Of a stretch of DNA of 64,000 nucleotides, positions 45,900 to 59,100 are shown piece after piece; positions within the stretch are counted from its first letter, which is position 1, and every line of letters starts with the position of its first letter. A program made the position numbers and the translations under genes. Origin of the DNA: a virus (Duplodnaviria > Caudoviricetes); IMG/VR virus record IMGVR_UViG_3300046011_007348, positions 8,024-72,023 of that record; one strand, 5' to 3'. The notes below the pieces were generated by a model. That model made no database searches, was not told the origin of the DNA, and saw nothing but the letters and a program-made list of their open reading frames with translations.

Positions 45900-46478
45900 A
45901 TGATTAAAAACGATAAGTGGATTCTAGAAGAATGTAAAAAAGGGATGATTCAACCATATGAAACACAACTTGTTAAATACAACAATGGCAAGCGAATTAG
46001 TTATGGATTATCTTCTTATGGTTATGATATTAGTTTGTCTGACACAGAATTCTGGGTGTTTAGAAATGATAACAATACTGTTGTCAACCCCAAGAATTTT
46101 ATTAGAACAAATCTAGAATCTGTGCCTTTGCAAAAAGATGAATATGGAGAGTTTTTTGTAATTCCAGCCCACTCTTATGGATTGGGAGTTGCACTAGAGA
46201 AAATTACAATGCCTGACAATGTAACTGCTGTTTGTGTTGGTAAAAGCACTTATGCCAGAGTTGGATTGATTGCTAACATCACTCCTGTTGAAGCTGGATG
46301 GAGTGGACATTTAACATTAGAATTTAGCAATTCTTCCGGTGCTGACTGCCGAATTTATGCAAATGAGGGAATAGCACAATTACTGTTTTTTGAAGGTGAG
46401 ACTTGCTCTACAAGCTATAGTCAAAGACAAGGCAAGTATCAAGATCAGCCTGAGAAAGTGGTATTCGCTAAAGTCTAA
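45900..46478 (+). CDS. dcd: dCTP deaminase
   Basis: ISYGLSSYGYD, GKSTYARVG..NITPVE, IYANEGIAQLLFF, GKYQDQ. Confidence 0.96.
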   Translation: MIKNDKWILEECKKGMIQPYETQLVKYNNGKRISYGLSSYGYDISLSDTEFWVFRNDNNTVVNPKNFIRTNLESVPLQKDEYGEFFVIPAHSYGLGVALEKITMPDNVTAVCVGKSTYARVGLIANITPVEAGWSGHLTLEFSNSSGADCRIYANEGIAQLLFFEGETCSTSYSQRQGKYQDQPEKVVFAKV

Positions 46479-47125
46479 GATTGTTGGATTACATTCTCTA
46501 TAAGAGCAGCAATCTCCGCTGCTTTTTTAACTTGTGGGCATTTAATAATATGGCAACATACTCTTTCTAATAACAAAAATCCAACATACTTGCCTTCAAT
46601 TAAGTAAAACATATAGCTATAAGTCTTCCTCGACTCTAACCATGTTTGGCATACCTTGCCATTTTTGACATTAGAAAACACATATTTATCACCAGATTCT
46701 AATAAAAAATTAACTTGCAATGATACGTAAGAATAAATACATTTATTGTCTAAAACTTGCATTTTTTTTGTTTTAGCACATACTTCTATCCAGGTGGAAA
46801 AGCTATCTGCAAATATGCCTTTATCAGTCCTCTTTGTCTGATCCAAAAAGAATAATGTAACTCTATTAAATCCTGCACTTATCAGCTCTTGTAAATATGA
46901 TTTAATGTATTCCTCCTCTTTAGTGGTAAAGGATGGTGTATTTAATGTGTTCATGGAATTTATTCTGTCATTTAATGTTTTTACACTTTTCTTAATCAAG
47001 TAAATTATCCATGCACTTATTAAAGAAAATAAGATAGGAAATGCGTCTATAATCAATTGAGACGCGACAGATGACACTAAAGATAAATCGTTATTTTGAG
47101 AAGGAACTTCTTTGTATTCAGCCAT
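46475..47125 (-). CDS. Single-TM protein with possible GAF-like domain (holin candidate)
   Basis: TM at aa ~24-44; FNRVTLFF...YVGFLLLE beta pattern. Confidence 0.45.
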   Translation of the reverse strand: MAEYKEVPSQNNDLSLVSSVASQLIIDAFPILFSLISAWIIYLIKKSVKTLNDRINSMNTLNTPSFTTKEEEYIKSYLQELISAGFNRVTLFFLDQTKRTDKGIFADSFSTWIEVCAKTKKMQVLDNKCIYSYVSLQVNFLLESGDKYVFSNVKNGKVCQTWLESRKTYSYMFYLIEGKYVGFLLLERVCCHIIKCPQVKKAAEIAALIENVIQQS

Positions 47126-47165
47126 TTTTTTGCTCCCTAGCTGCTCTTAAATAAAAGTTGCCAAT

Positions 47166-50100
47166 CTATCTTTTAAGTATTCCACCCTGTCTTTGTTGAC
47201 GTTGTATTTCTACTATTACTGCTGTTTTAATAGCACTCTGCATCGCATTTGGATCTATGGACGGTGATTTGTCACCATCTTGACTTTCAATCGTTATAGG
47301 CACATTTACAGTTGTATTTGTTGTTGGTTGATTAATATTTCCTAGTCCAGGAGATGGGGGAATAACTCCACCACTTGCAAAGTTCATTATGTTTCTTACT
47401 TTTAATTCGCTATTGCTTACGTTGCCTCCCATGGCATAGTTCATTACGGATTCAATATTGTTGTTTTTAATTGCTTTATCTAATCCCATCGACTGGAACT
47501 TAGCATTGTCAGCAACACTCAACACTCTTTCTCCTGGCGTTAATACTGCTACTACTGGTGTTATTCCTCCATTTGCAGCTTTCTCTCTGACAATTGCTTC
47601 ATTTAATGATTGAATTATGCCTCCACCAGCATAGTTCTTGATTACTCCTCCTTTGTATTGGCTGGATACTTCGCCTCCATCGTTGGCACTTGGGACTTCG
47701 CCGCCGCTATTTCCTCCAAATATTCCTCCAATTGATTTGAATAATGAATCAAGAATCCCTCCTGCTCCTACTAATGATTGCATTAATGATTTGATAGCTA
47801 TGTTGATAAGTCCGTTTAGCATGTTTTTAGCTAGGTTGTTTAAGACATCGTCTAGTTTTTGGACACCCATTATTACGTCTGTAAGCCCAGCTGATAAATC
47901 ATTGATCAAAGAATCTCTAACCATTTGACGGATTGTCGAAACTACATCCTTAGCTGCGTTTTTAGACTCTTCTAGTTTTGCTTTGTATTTTTCTTCAATC
48001 TCCTTAGTTCTTTCTTCATATTCCTTGTCATCTATATCCCCCCCCTCTTTTTCTTTCTTTGCTTTATCTAGTTCGTCTTGTTTCTCTTTTTTTAAACGCT
48101 CTTCATCCATCCTCCGTTGTTCTGCATTTATTTGAAACTGATTGCCACCTTTGTCTCTATATATATTTAATCTTGTTTGAGCCGTTTCTTGTTTCATGGC
48201 AATGACAGTTTGCTTAATATCTTTTGTTAAATCTGTCATTAACTTGGTTTGCATTTCTTGGTTTTTCCGTACAAGATCTGTTCTTTGTTCCTCATTCAAC
48301 AAAACGCTTGCATTAATTTGAGCCTCACGCAAAGCAGTTGCTTTCTCGATTTCATACCGTCTTGATGCAAATTCACTTTTAGAAAAATTATAGTCAACAG
48401 AGTTCATTAAATCTCTTCTTTCAAACCTCCTGTCTACTTCTGTTTTAGTTTCGTTAGCTTTATCAATTTCAAGCTGAGATTGGTTTTGTATTCTTTTTAT
48501 TCTAGTAATTTCTCTATATTTTTCTATTCTTGCCTCTGCGTCTACTGAGGTTAATAGTCCTTTTGCTACTAACTCCTTTGTGTTTAATTCATATTGTGAT
48601 AAAGCATCTTCAATTTGAAGTTTTCTCTCTTCAAATTGCAACTCTGGCACTGAACGGATATTTAATAACTGCATTTGGTTAAATGGCATAAGTCCTTCAG
48701 CGAAAGAATTTTGTATTTGCGAATCTTGTGTTACAGGGAAATAAGTATTGCCTTCCAATTTGTATTCATCCATACCACCAAATCCAAATTTGCTTCTAGG
48801 CTTCATTAGTTCCGTTAAATTATTAAATCTTGGTTCATTGGGGTTTGCTGTTGGCTTTTTCAGCTCTTCAATTAACCGTAAACCCTTCAATTCATCTACT
48901 AATTTAGCATTCTCCTTAATACTTTGATTAAACTTTGGTATATCTGAATGCAATTTATCAACATCTATGTTATATTGCTTAATGTCTGAGTCAGTCATCT
49001 GGATTGCTTTAGGATATATTTCCTGTAGCCTTAAGACTTCTTTGTCCAATCTTTGTCCTTCCGTCTTTTGCTTTTGAAAGATTTCTTCTAGGTATCCCTT
49101 TTGTTGTTCTGGTGTCGTAAAATCAATTGTCCCTACTCGTTTGATACTAAACTTTGGATCTACTTGTTCTTGGAATTTTATTTTCCCCCCAGAATACTCT
49201 CCTATCTCTCTACCCTTTTGACTTATATCTAATTCAGCTTGTCTTAAAACATTATCCGAATCTCTTATTTTAGATCTATTCTCATACTCTCTTCTAAGCC
49301 TAGACATTGCTTTAGTTAATTTAATCCTTTCTTCAATTTCTTTCTTTTGAACGTCTATCGACTTCAAGGTAGTATCTAAAGTTGCTATATCCACTTTGAA
49401 TCGAGAGGCTAATCGTTGTTCGTCTTTGTTAAGGCGATCTAGATATTTCTCTCTTTGTTTTACATCTGTGATTTGCTCAAGCCCTTTCCTGAGTGGGTTA
49501 AACAAAGCTAACGTATCAGTTAGTTTACCATCGGTTCCTTTTACAAAGGATTGTCTAAGAGAATTTAATCTCTCTTGGATATCTTGTCTTGTATCATTTA
49601 ACTTATTAAGAGTGTCGGTTAACTTTATGCTTTCGGGTGTTAGTGGATCGGGTAATTTATCAGGAGAATATTCGTTAAGTATGTCAGAAAACGATCTTAC
49701 TAAACTATTAGTGGAATCCCTAGACTCTCTGATTGTTTTTTTAGTATTTTTAAAGAAATTATCAAGATTACGAATAACTGATGCTTCGTTTTGTTTTCTT
49801 AAAGCTTCAGCACGCTTTTTGTTTGCTTCATCTTGTTGTTTAAGAATCTCTTCCCTTTGTTTTTGAGAATCTGCGATAGCACCAGTGTTTACGCCAGCAG
49901 ATGGAGAAGTAGAGCCAGTATTAGCAGCGCCAGTATTGGCAGTCTCAGGATTATAGCTTCTAGCTCTCTGGAAAGTTTTCATGCTATCGCTATCTCCTAC
50001 AAATCGCCAGTGCCATGGTTCATAATCTATACCTTGACGATTATTCTGAGGAAAAGATAATTCAAAGCCAAAACGAGCAGCGTTAGATTGTAACCATGAA

Positions 50101-53100
50101 AATGCTTTTGTTTTTTCAAATGTGGAATTGAGATTAGTTCCTGGTGCTGCTTTATCACCAATATCGACAGCATATCCTGTATGATGCTCACTATAACCCG
50201 GAGGAGCGCTAACTTTTGCTCTTTGTTCTGGAGTTTGATTGCGTTGGGCAGCTACTCCAAAAAACAATTGTCGTTGCTGTTGAATGGAACGAAAACCAGA
50301 AATAGGAACTAGAACTACACCTTCCTCTTTAGCTCTTCGTGCCATGTATTCAAATTTTTCAGCAGCAATTTGCCGTAGTTTAATTTTCCCGTCAGTTGTG
50401 ATAGGACTTAGCTCTTTCAGAGGTGCTTCGTTATAAGCTAAATGCCCATACTTGCTTTCATTGTTACTTGATGTGGTGTTTGACGCACTCCCTGCTCTAG
50501 CAGAAGCTGATGGCACAACAGCAGATATTGGCGTTTGCCCAGTTATAAAAGGTGTAGGATCTATTGCCCGTCCATTAACCCTTATCTCAAAATGCAAATG
50601 AGGGCCGGTGCCTACTCCTGTATTGCCTAATTTTCCTATTTGTTGTCCAGCTTGAACAACGTCCCCAACCCGAACCAACATTTCAGATAAGTGTGCATAT
50701 CGCGTTTCAAGTTTTTTATTGTCTGGTGTTGTATGTTCTATGTAAATTACCTTTCCATAGGCACCCTGAGTTTTAGCAATTTTTACTATGCCAGGTAAGC
50801 TAGAAACAATAGGTTCCCCAATTTGTCCAGCAAAATCCCTTCCTGCATGCCTTCTACCAGGACGAGGATCTCCAAAGTGCCCCCCGGGTACAGTCCTTCC
50901 TCTGTTTGGGTGCGGATGCACAAAACTACTAACGCTAGATGGTGGGTTTTGTGATGCACCGAAAAAACTAAATAAAGAAGAAAACACGCCTTGAACACCG
51001 TTAGAGTTAGATGAATTACTAGATGTCGAAGAGTTGTTAGTAGGAGTTGATGGAGCCGGTGTTGCATTAGAATAAGGATCTATTTTTATGCCCGCAGATC
51101 TCTCTAATAAATCAACAGTTTGTTGCAAGCTAACATTCATATTAGAAACAGATTCATTAGCTTTTACCATATTTTCATTTAATTTTTCGGTGTTTTTATT
51201 AGCCTCCCCCGACTCTTTAACAGTTTGTTGAGTCTGTTGAGTTACTTTTGCCGCTGATGCTCTAACTGCATTTATTAAAGCCTCTAGTTCTTTGCTTGAT
51301 TGTGTAAAAGCTTGTTTCATATCAGACTCAATATCTTCTGTGACTCCAATAATGTCTTTACCAGAAGGCAATGTCCTTATAAGTTCTCTTGCTTCTATTT
51401 GGCTATCTTTAATTCTATTTTTAAAATCTAAGCTAGTTCTTTCAGTATCTATTTGACTTAAAGCGGTTTGGTTTAATTGTTCTATGATAGATACCAACCC
51501 ATCTATATATCTAGTAAATTCAGTGTCTCCTAATCCGGTTAACGCTTCATTAATTTTGGTTTTAAAGTTAGCGTTTTGTATTTCTTGGTTAGCTTTTTTA
51601 ATCTCTAATCGCCCTTGATCTATCTCTTTAGTAACAGAACGAACGTAATCATCTACCTGTTTTTGTTGTTGTCTTAAAGACTCTTTTAAATCATATCTGC
51701 TTTTAGCTAATGAACTGCGAGCGGTAGCAAGGCTCGTGGCATCATCTTGAGTTTGTTTTCTTAATTCAGTTATTTTATCTTTAGCTTCAGTATTAAGATT
51801 GCTATCAGGTATTGTACTGAGTAAATCCAAAGCTGCCTTTCTCATTGTGAATAAACGAGACAACCCAGACACTCTTTGTTCTTGTGATATTATCCCAGAT
51901 CTCCGTGTTGCATAATCAACATCCCCAGGATTAGCACCGGAGCTATATATCCTTTCCTCTCTAAGTGCAGTAGATCTATCAATGTTTGCAGAAAACCTGT
52001 CGTAAGCAGCTTGAAATCTATTTAATGCAGATAAAGTATCTTTGTAAACTTGTTCTAAAGGATTAACAGGGACACTTTTTTCAATGATTTGCTTTGCTTC
52101 CTGTGCAAAATCTTTCATCTCTTTAGCTATTTGCAGATAAGCACCTCTCACGGGTGCTGGAACAGTTTTTGCCGCATCCTCTAGTTTTTTCGCTTCTTCC
52201 AGTAAAACATTAGCCGAATTAGCGTTGGCTTCTACATCCTTAGCCAACTCTTTTCTTAATGCAAGTCTCTGAACTATTTGTTTAGATAAATCCGCAGCCC
52301 TCTTTTTTGACTCTGGGGTATTTTGTTGAGTTGCTTTTGATTTTTCAACAGATAAACCTAATACTTCTATGTCAATTTGTTTTAATCTATCAGCAACGTC
52401 TTTTACCCTAGCTTTATATTTGTTTTGAGTTTCCTTGGTTAACCCTAAGTTACCAAATTCTTTTTTGCTACTTTGTAAAACAGAATCAAAGTAATCTAAA
52501 TTATCAATTACCTGTTTAACTCCAAGTGTAATATCGTAATCAGTATCAGATACAAGTCCTTTTATATCATATTTTTTAAGAATTGCTTTTTGTTTAGGAG
52601 AGATTTTATCAGTTGCATATTCTCCCCCGAATCCAGTATTAATATTTTTATCAAGGCCACGCCTCCTGTTTTCCCCTTCTCTCTGCGCTACAATCTCTTC
52701 GTATTTGTTGTACTCCATTAACCCCAAACTGTTTTTATCTATTTCACCTCTTAATGCTTTATTTACATTTTTGACAAAATCGTCTGTAGTATATCCTTCT
52801 TCTTTCATCCCAAAAACATAAAAAATATCAAGCTGAAGCCCTTTTGAGGGAATAGAATCAGCAACGTTTTTATATCCTTTAGCCAACTCCTTGCTGCTTT
52901 TTTGGTTAACTTTAGAAGCTTCATCAACTTTTGCTAATGAATTACTAATACTTCCCAAAGCTCCATTAACAGATCTAGCCATTTCGCTAATGCTTTTCTG
53001 CATGGGGTTAGAAAAATCACTTCTAGCTAAAAACATAAAGGCTAGTGCTATACCAGCTTCTATCCCAATTTTTGCTAAGCTTTTTAATGATTTCATTAAA

Positions 53101-56100
53101 CCTGCAAGCATTTGAGACAAAGCTTGTCCCCATGCTGCTCTAGCGCTACTTGCAAGCATTCCATCGGAGCTAAATAAAAGAGTAAATGCTTTTATAATTC
53201 CAACAGATGTAATTGTTTTCCCCAGTGAAGTAAGTGATGCTCCAATTGCGTTTAAGCCTCCAACAACACCTTGAGTCCATGCAAAATTTAGAGCAGCTTT
53301 TAGCCCTTTAAAACCATTTCCTACAAGTTGGAATAATCCAACAAAAGAAGCCCCAATTCCTTGCCAAAATCCAGCCTTAAAGCCAGCTGTTATATTTGCC
53401 ATAAAACCTGCAAACGCTGCTTTTGTTGCGCTAATTCCATCTATAAAACCACCAAATATTGCAGATGCCCCGATTGTGGCTGGAAGCTGCTTAAAAAATC
53501 CAGTAAAAGAAGCCCATAGCCCTTTCATCTGAGTAGCTATTGTTGTTTTGGCAGAATAAAAAGCATATGCTATTTCATCTTGTAATCTAGTTCCTATGGG
53601 TGAACGTTGTTTAGACTCGACTTGAGCAGATAAGTCAAAAGTGTTTGTGAATAAAGACTGTATTCCTTTTGGAGAAATTGCTTCATTTTTCATCCCTACT
53701 AAAGACACTCTTATCCCATTAAGTCCCTGTAATAACCCCTTAAACATTGGCATCCCAAAATGTTTTGTAAGGGTAATTAATTGCTCAAACATTAAAACTA
53801 AAGCAAGCAGTTCAATTACACCAGAAGGAATAACTTTAGTTATATTGCCGATTCCATCAATAAAAGACTTAAAGGGGTTTTCACTTGGCTTTCCTACAAT
53901 AGTATCAAACAACCCTTTCCCAGTAATTTTTCGTTTTACACTATCCAAACTACTTAAAAACCATAGAATTCCATTACTTACGCCTTCATACATGTTTTGC
54001 ATTAATGTCTTCTGAGCGCCTAAAAAATCATCTAAAACATCAGCTAAAATGCCTAAGAAAAATGGCCCTAACGCACCCATAAGCGCGGCAATACCCGCCG
54101 TTAACAAACCAGATATATTCATTAAAAAAGTTTTTACTGGGTTCATTTTTAATAAGAAAACTAACCCAACTCCAAGAGTGGCAGTTACACCAATAACAAA
54201 GGAGCTAAAAATTTTGATTATATCGTCTAGGATTGCATTTATTGCGGACGCTATGTTTGAAAAGATATCAACTACAAACGAAAATAATCCACCAAAAGCA
54301 TTGACTAATTTAATAGACATTTCCATCCCAATGTTTTGCAATCTAGTTAGTGAGATAGAAAACCCTTCAGCTCCTTTTGCCGCCCCGCTATAGTCTATTT
54401 TTAATTGTTTTGCAACTTTGGGTAATACTTCTTCTGCTAGCAAACTACCTGCTGAGGACATTTCTATTAATTGGGGTATAGAAATGTCTAGTGCCTTTGC
54501 AAATATACCCATAGCGGGAGGGAATCTTTCACCCAGCTGCTGTCTTAATTCTTCCATGGAAATTTTGCCCTTGGACAGCATTTGAGTATAAGCCATAAAT
54601 ACTAACTCAGCGTCTTGCCCAGATATTCCTAGCGCGCCTAGTGATGCACTAATACCTTCAAATAAATCCCTAGCGCCTTCACCTTCTAATTTTGTTCCTC
54701 TAGCTGCAATAGCAATTTGGCTGTAAGCCTGAGTAGCTGCTTTAGCTGGAACGTTTAAGGCTTTGGCTGTGTTCATTGCATAATTAAGCTCTGCTTTCCC
54801 GCCTTCTTTTGAGCCACCCAAAAAGTTTAATCGCCTTTGTAATGGCTCTAACTCCAGCATGGCCTTAACAAGAGACTGTATTTGATTTCTAACCATAAAT
54901 ACAGCCCCACCAATAGCTCCAAATAACGGAAGCAAAGGTGTTACCAATGGTAATAAAGTTGTGGCAAAAGTTGTGATAGGAGCAAATACACTAGCGGCAG
55001 AAACAATAAATGAAAGCATATTCTTTTGAATATCCTCCCTTTCGTCTGGCGCAAAGTTTTTCATTTTATCTCGCTTGAATTGAGCGCCAATTGCATTCCA
55101 GAAATCTTTAAAAACGTTTTTAGGTACGACTATACCTCTTTTCCATTGAGTAACTATCTGATCCCAAATTTCTTTTGGGTTTTCAGCTCCTAATGCTTTT
55201 CTAACTTCTCTTTTAACGTCAGAACCAACATTTTTCCAGTTGGCAACAGCTTCATTAAACCCTTTAATTATGGCTTTACCAATATTTAACCCTTCCTGAG
55301 TAAATGCTTTGTGAAAAGCAGATATACCCAAAAGCAGAGCTGTTATTGCCATTTTTACCTGAGCTGTGTCTATTTTTATCCCCATAGTTGCGGCAACGTT
55401 TTGAAGCCCACTCGTCTTAAATAACTGTTGGGCTGTACGTGCTGTCATATTAACAGCGCCTTCAACATTCCCAGACGCATAAGCATTGGCTATCCTAACA
55501 GCTCTACCACCCAATCCATTGGTAGCAGAAAGCATTCCAGAATCAACAATTTTATTTATTAAAAAGTCTCTAATACTGTTAACAATCTTGCTATTTTTTT
55601 CTAAAATCCCTCTCAATAAATTACTATTCCCAGGGTTTTTAATAGTAAAACTATCAAACAGTGTTCTTAAAACTTGTCTAGCTAAGTCTTTAGCACCTGT
55701 TCCTTCTATACCAATAGAACTTATGTTTGTTTTAATTTGATTTTGAAGAGTTTGGGTTAAATTTTCCCTAGGGACATTTTCCCCAAGTGCTGGTAATTTA
55801 TCGCCATACACAGAACTAGCAAAACCAGCTACTTTTCGTCCAGCTTGCGCTAAAAAGGGTATGCTAGACAACGTTTTAAAAAATGGGTTTTCGCTACCTA
55901 TAAACAATCTAAATAGCTTGCTTATTCCAAAAGCTTGTCCCCCTTTATCTCCCATTTTATCTTCCCTGCCTAAATCAATTCCTGTAACAGACTTGATGAC
56001 AGAAGGCAACAACCCTCCTGGCTGGAAGATGTTGTTATTTTTTAAAAGATTAGAAGCAAACTGCCCTATCTTTCCTGCTTTATCACCTATCAGCCCTGGC

Positions 56101-59100
56101 AATAATGGCGCTAGAAGCGGCAGTAAATTAGTAAGATTAGCGCTACCACCAGTTACCATTTCAAACAGTTTAGGAGCCATTTTGAACAAACCCAGGCTAG
56201 AAAGTGCATTCATACGCCCTGTGTCCATAAAGTTTTTCTCAATCATGTTTTGGAGGCTCTTCCCAACAGCTTTACGAAGATAGCCTCCTAGAGAAAAAAT
56301 GCCCACTCCTTGTCCAGACGTGCTTGAAAACCCGTCTACAATACTGTCAAATAGTTGCTTAAATACAGATTGCTTGCTAGTTGCAACAGCACTTCCAGAT
56401 TCTTTGACTATAGAGCTTACAGTCCCAAACCCAACGTTAACACTTTGGGCTTTTTTCCGAGAAAATTTATACGCATTTAAAATACTTTGTTGTATTTCTT
56501 TATCAGTCATTCTACCGGACGATACATCAGCAACAAATTTTTGTAATTTTTTGTCTATAAGATTTTTCTGTGCAGCATAAAGACTCTTTTGGGATTGAGA
56601 TATCCCAGGAGTATTCATTAACTCATCTATCCGTTTTTTATATTCTTCTGATATTTTATGGCTTGCTAATAATAGAGTAGAAACCTTCTTAGATGAGTTT
56701 CTTATAAGAGGTAAAATATTCTGGTATCTTAATTCAGGAGCATTTTTATCGTAATTCATTAAAACATCAAAATCTGACTTCGCTGCCTTTGCTATTTGAT
56801 TTTGTTGTTTTTTACTAAATCCTAAATAGTGCATTGTATCTTTATTAGGCTTCATAACTTTGGATCTTAAATAATCCATTGCTTCTGCCTCGCTACCAAA
56901 ATTTCCCTGCTTATAAGACTTAGCAAAGTCTTTCAAGTCTGCATCTATTTTCTTTTTAGATCTTGCAAGCATGCCCTTTGAATATTTAGTAAGAGCTGGA
57001 TTATTCATTTCTTTATCAACAAACTTTTTATATTCTTGAGATATTCTATGAAATGAATAAACTAATGATGCTGTAGCTCCATCCTCAAAACCTTTTCCAA
57101 AGTCAAGCCCCACCCCTTTCATTATCAAGGAGGGTGATGATATGCGCAAAACTTTTTTGACACTTTTAACTAACGAAAAGAATGACTCTGAGATAACTTT
57201 GCTTTTAGAACCAAAATTACTAAACCCATTCAAAAATCCTTCTACTAAATTAAAGCCTATTTTCAAGAAAGTTTTTGGTAGTCCTTGAGGGATAATGCCT
57301 GATATTCCTTTTAATAAATTTCCTCCTAATTTACTAAAAATACCTTGAGGCATTATAGACAATATTCCTTTAGGTATAACTTGCCCTATTTTAGAAAAAA
57401 TATTTTTAAATCCAGTAGGTAAAACCGCTAAAAACTGGTTAGAAATCATTGACAATAAAACATTCCCAACTCCTTTCAAGTCAAAGTTTTTTAACATTGA
57501 AAACATGTCATTGTCTAATTGTTCTTCAACACCATTATTTAGTCGCTCCTCATCTTGTAGTGGCTTACTTCTGCTTTTTTGCCTAAACCTACTTTTAGAC
57601 TTTTGTTTGGCTTTATCGCCATACATATAATTAAGAAAGTCTGGATGTGTAAAAACAGTTTCTTCATTTATTGGCTTGTTTTCTTTTTCTAACTGCTTAT
57701 AAATTTTGGAGTAAAGCCTTTTCAACTCTCTTTCTTTTTTAAGCGGTACTTGTCTTTGCTGTACATAGCTTTGCCCTCCAATTATGTCGTGTAAGCTATC
57801 ACTTACTTTTATTCCACCACTAGGATTAATGCTTATCAAGCCAGACGTTCTTCTTTTAAATTCTTTGTCAGACATTGCACTAAGATTAGACTTCGTGACA
57901 TTAACGTGCCTGCCATCGCTTTCCAATAATACCTCTTTCCTGGCAATAGCTTCTGTCTCTATTTGTTTTCTGGTTTTACCTAGATTTGTATGCCTTGTGT
58001 ACCCGCCCAAGTCATCTTTTTGGAGATTTAATGATTTTGCAATAGCAGGGAATTTATCTAATAAAGAGATTAATTTAGAATTTATACTAGCAGGCAATGG
58101 AATGGTAACACCTTCCGGAAAGCTCCTTTTTTGTTTTGACTTTGCACCTGCCCAATCATAAACATCTACTGCATTTATCCCAGTTTTTGTTTTAACTACA
58201 CCAAAACCCCCAAGAGTTAGTTGCAGCGATCTAAGATCTTTCAAAAGTAAATCAAACTCAAGTTTTTTACTTGAATTAGCAAATTTAGATTCACTGTCAA
58301 ACGCGCCTAAGTAACCATAGCCAGACTGTTGCTTACCTTTATCAGCTAGAAAAACACTAACAGCATCTATTATAGGGGATAAAGAGTTTTTATCATTAAA
58401 CTTAATTACATCTGTATTTCCCCTATAAAATTTACCAAGATGAGACATTGGGATATTCTGCTCTACAGAAGTAGGTTTCCTGCCTAAAGCCGGCAATACC
58501 GTTGACAATATTTTGCTGTTTGCAATTAGAAAACTACCTATATCTTGAGATAATTCATTAGAACCTTTTGAGCCTTTTCTTGAGTTTTTAAAAACTTGTT
58601 TTACCTTGGTTGCATAGGCTTTATTCTTGTCATCAACAGCATTCTCTATTAAGCTGTCCAAAGACTCCGCGCCTTGCTCTGTTGTGTCTTTAACGGTAGA
58701 GATTACTTCGTCAGCAGCTTTTTTTACATTAATTTTATTTGTAACTAAACCAATAGCCAAACCCGCAGCTATTGCAGCACCAATACTAATAAAAACTTTA
58801 GAAGGTGAAGATATGCCTAATATTTTTTTGAATGCAACTATATATTTTTTAGCTTCTTCTTCCCCAAGTGTTTTAAATGCAGATGAGTTTGTCTGAATTC
58901 CTTCCTGATTTGCTTTAGCTATCAAATCAGCTTCTTTTTTTACTTTTAAATATGATTTACTAACTTCTTGTTTAACACTTTTTTCGCCTGCGCTAATCGG
59001 TGATTTAGCTTGCGCTATTTCATTTATTTGTTGTGGAGTTGCATTTAAGCTTTTAGCTTCCGCCATTAGCTTTTCTACTGCTTTTCTACTGTCACTACTT

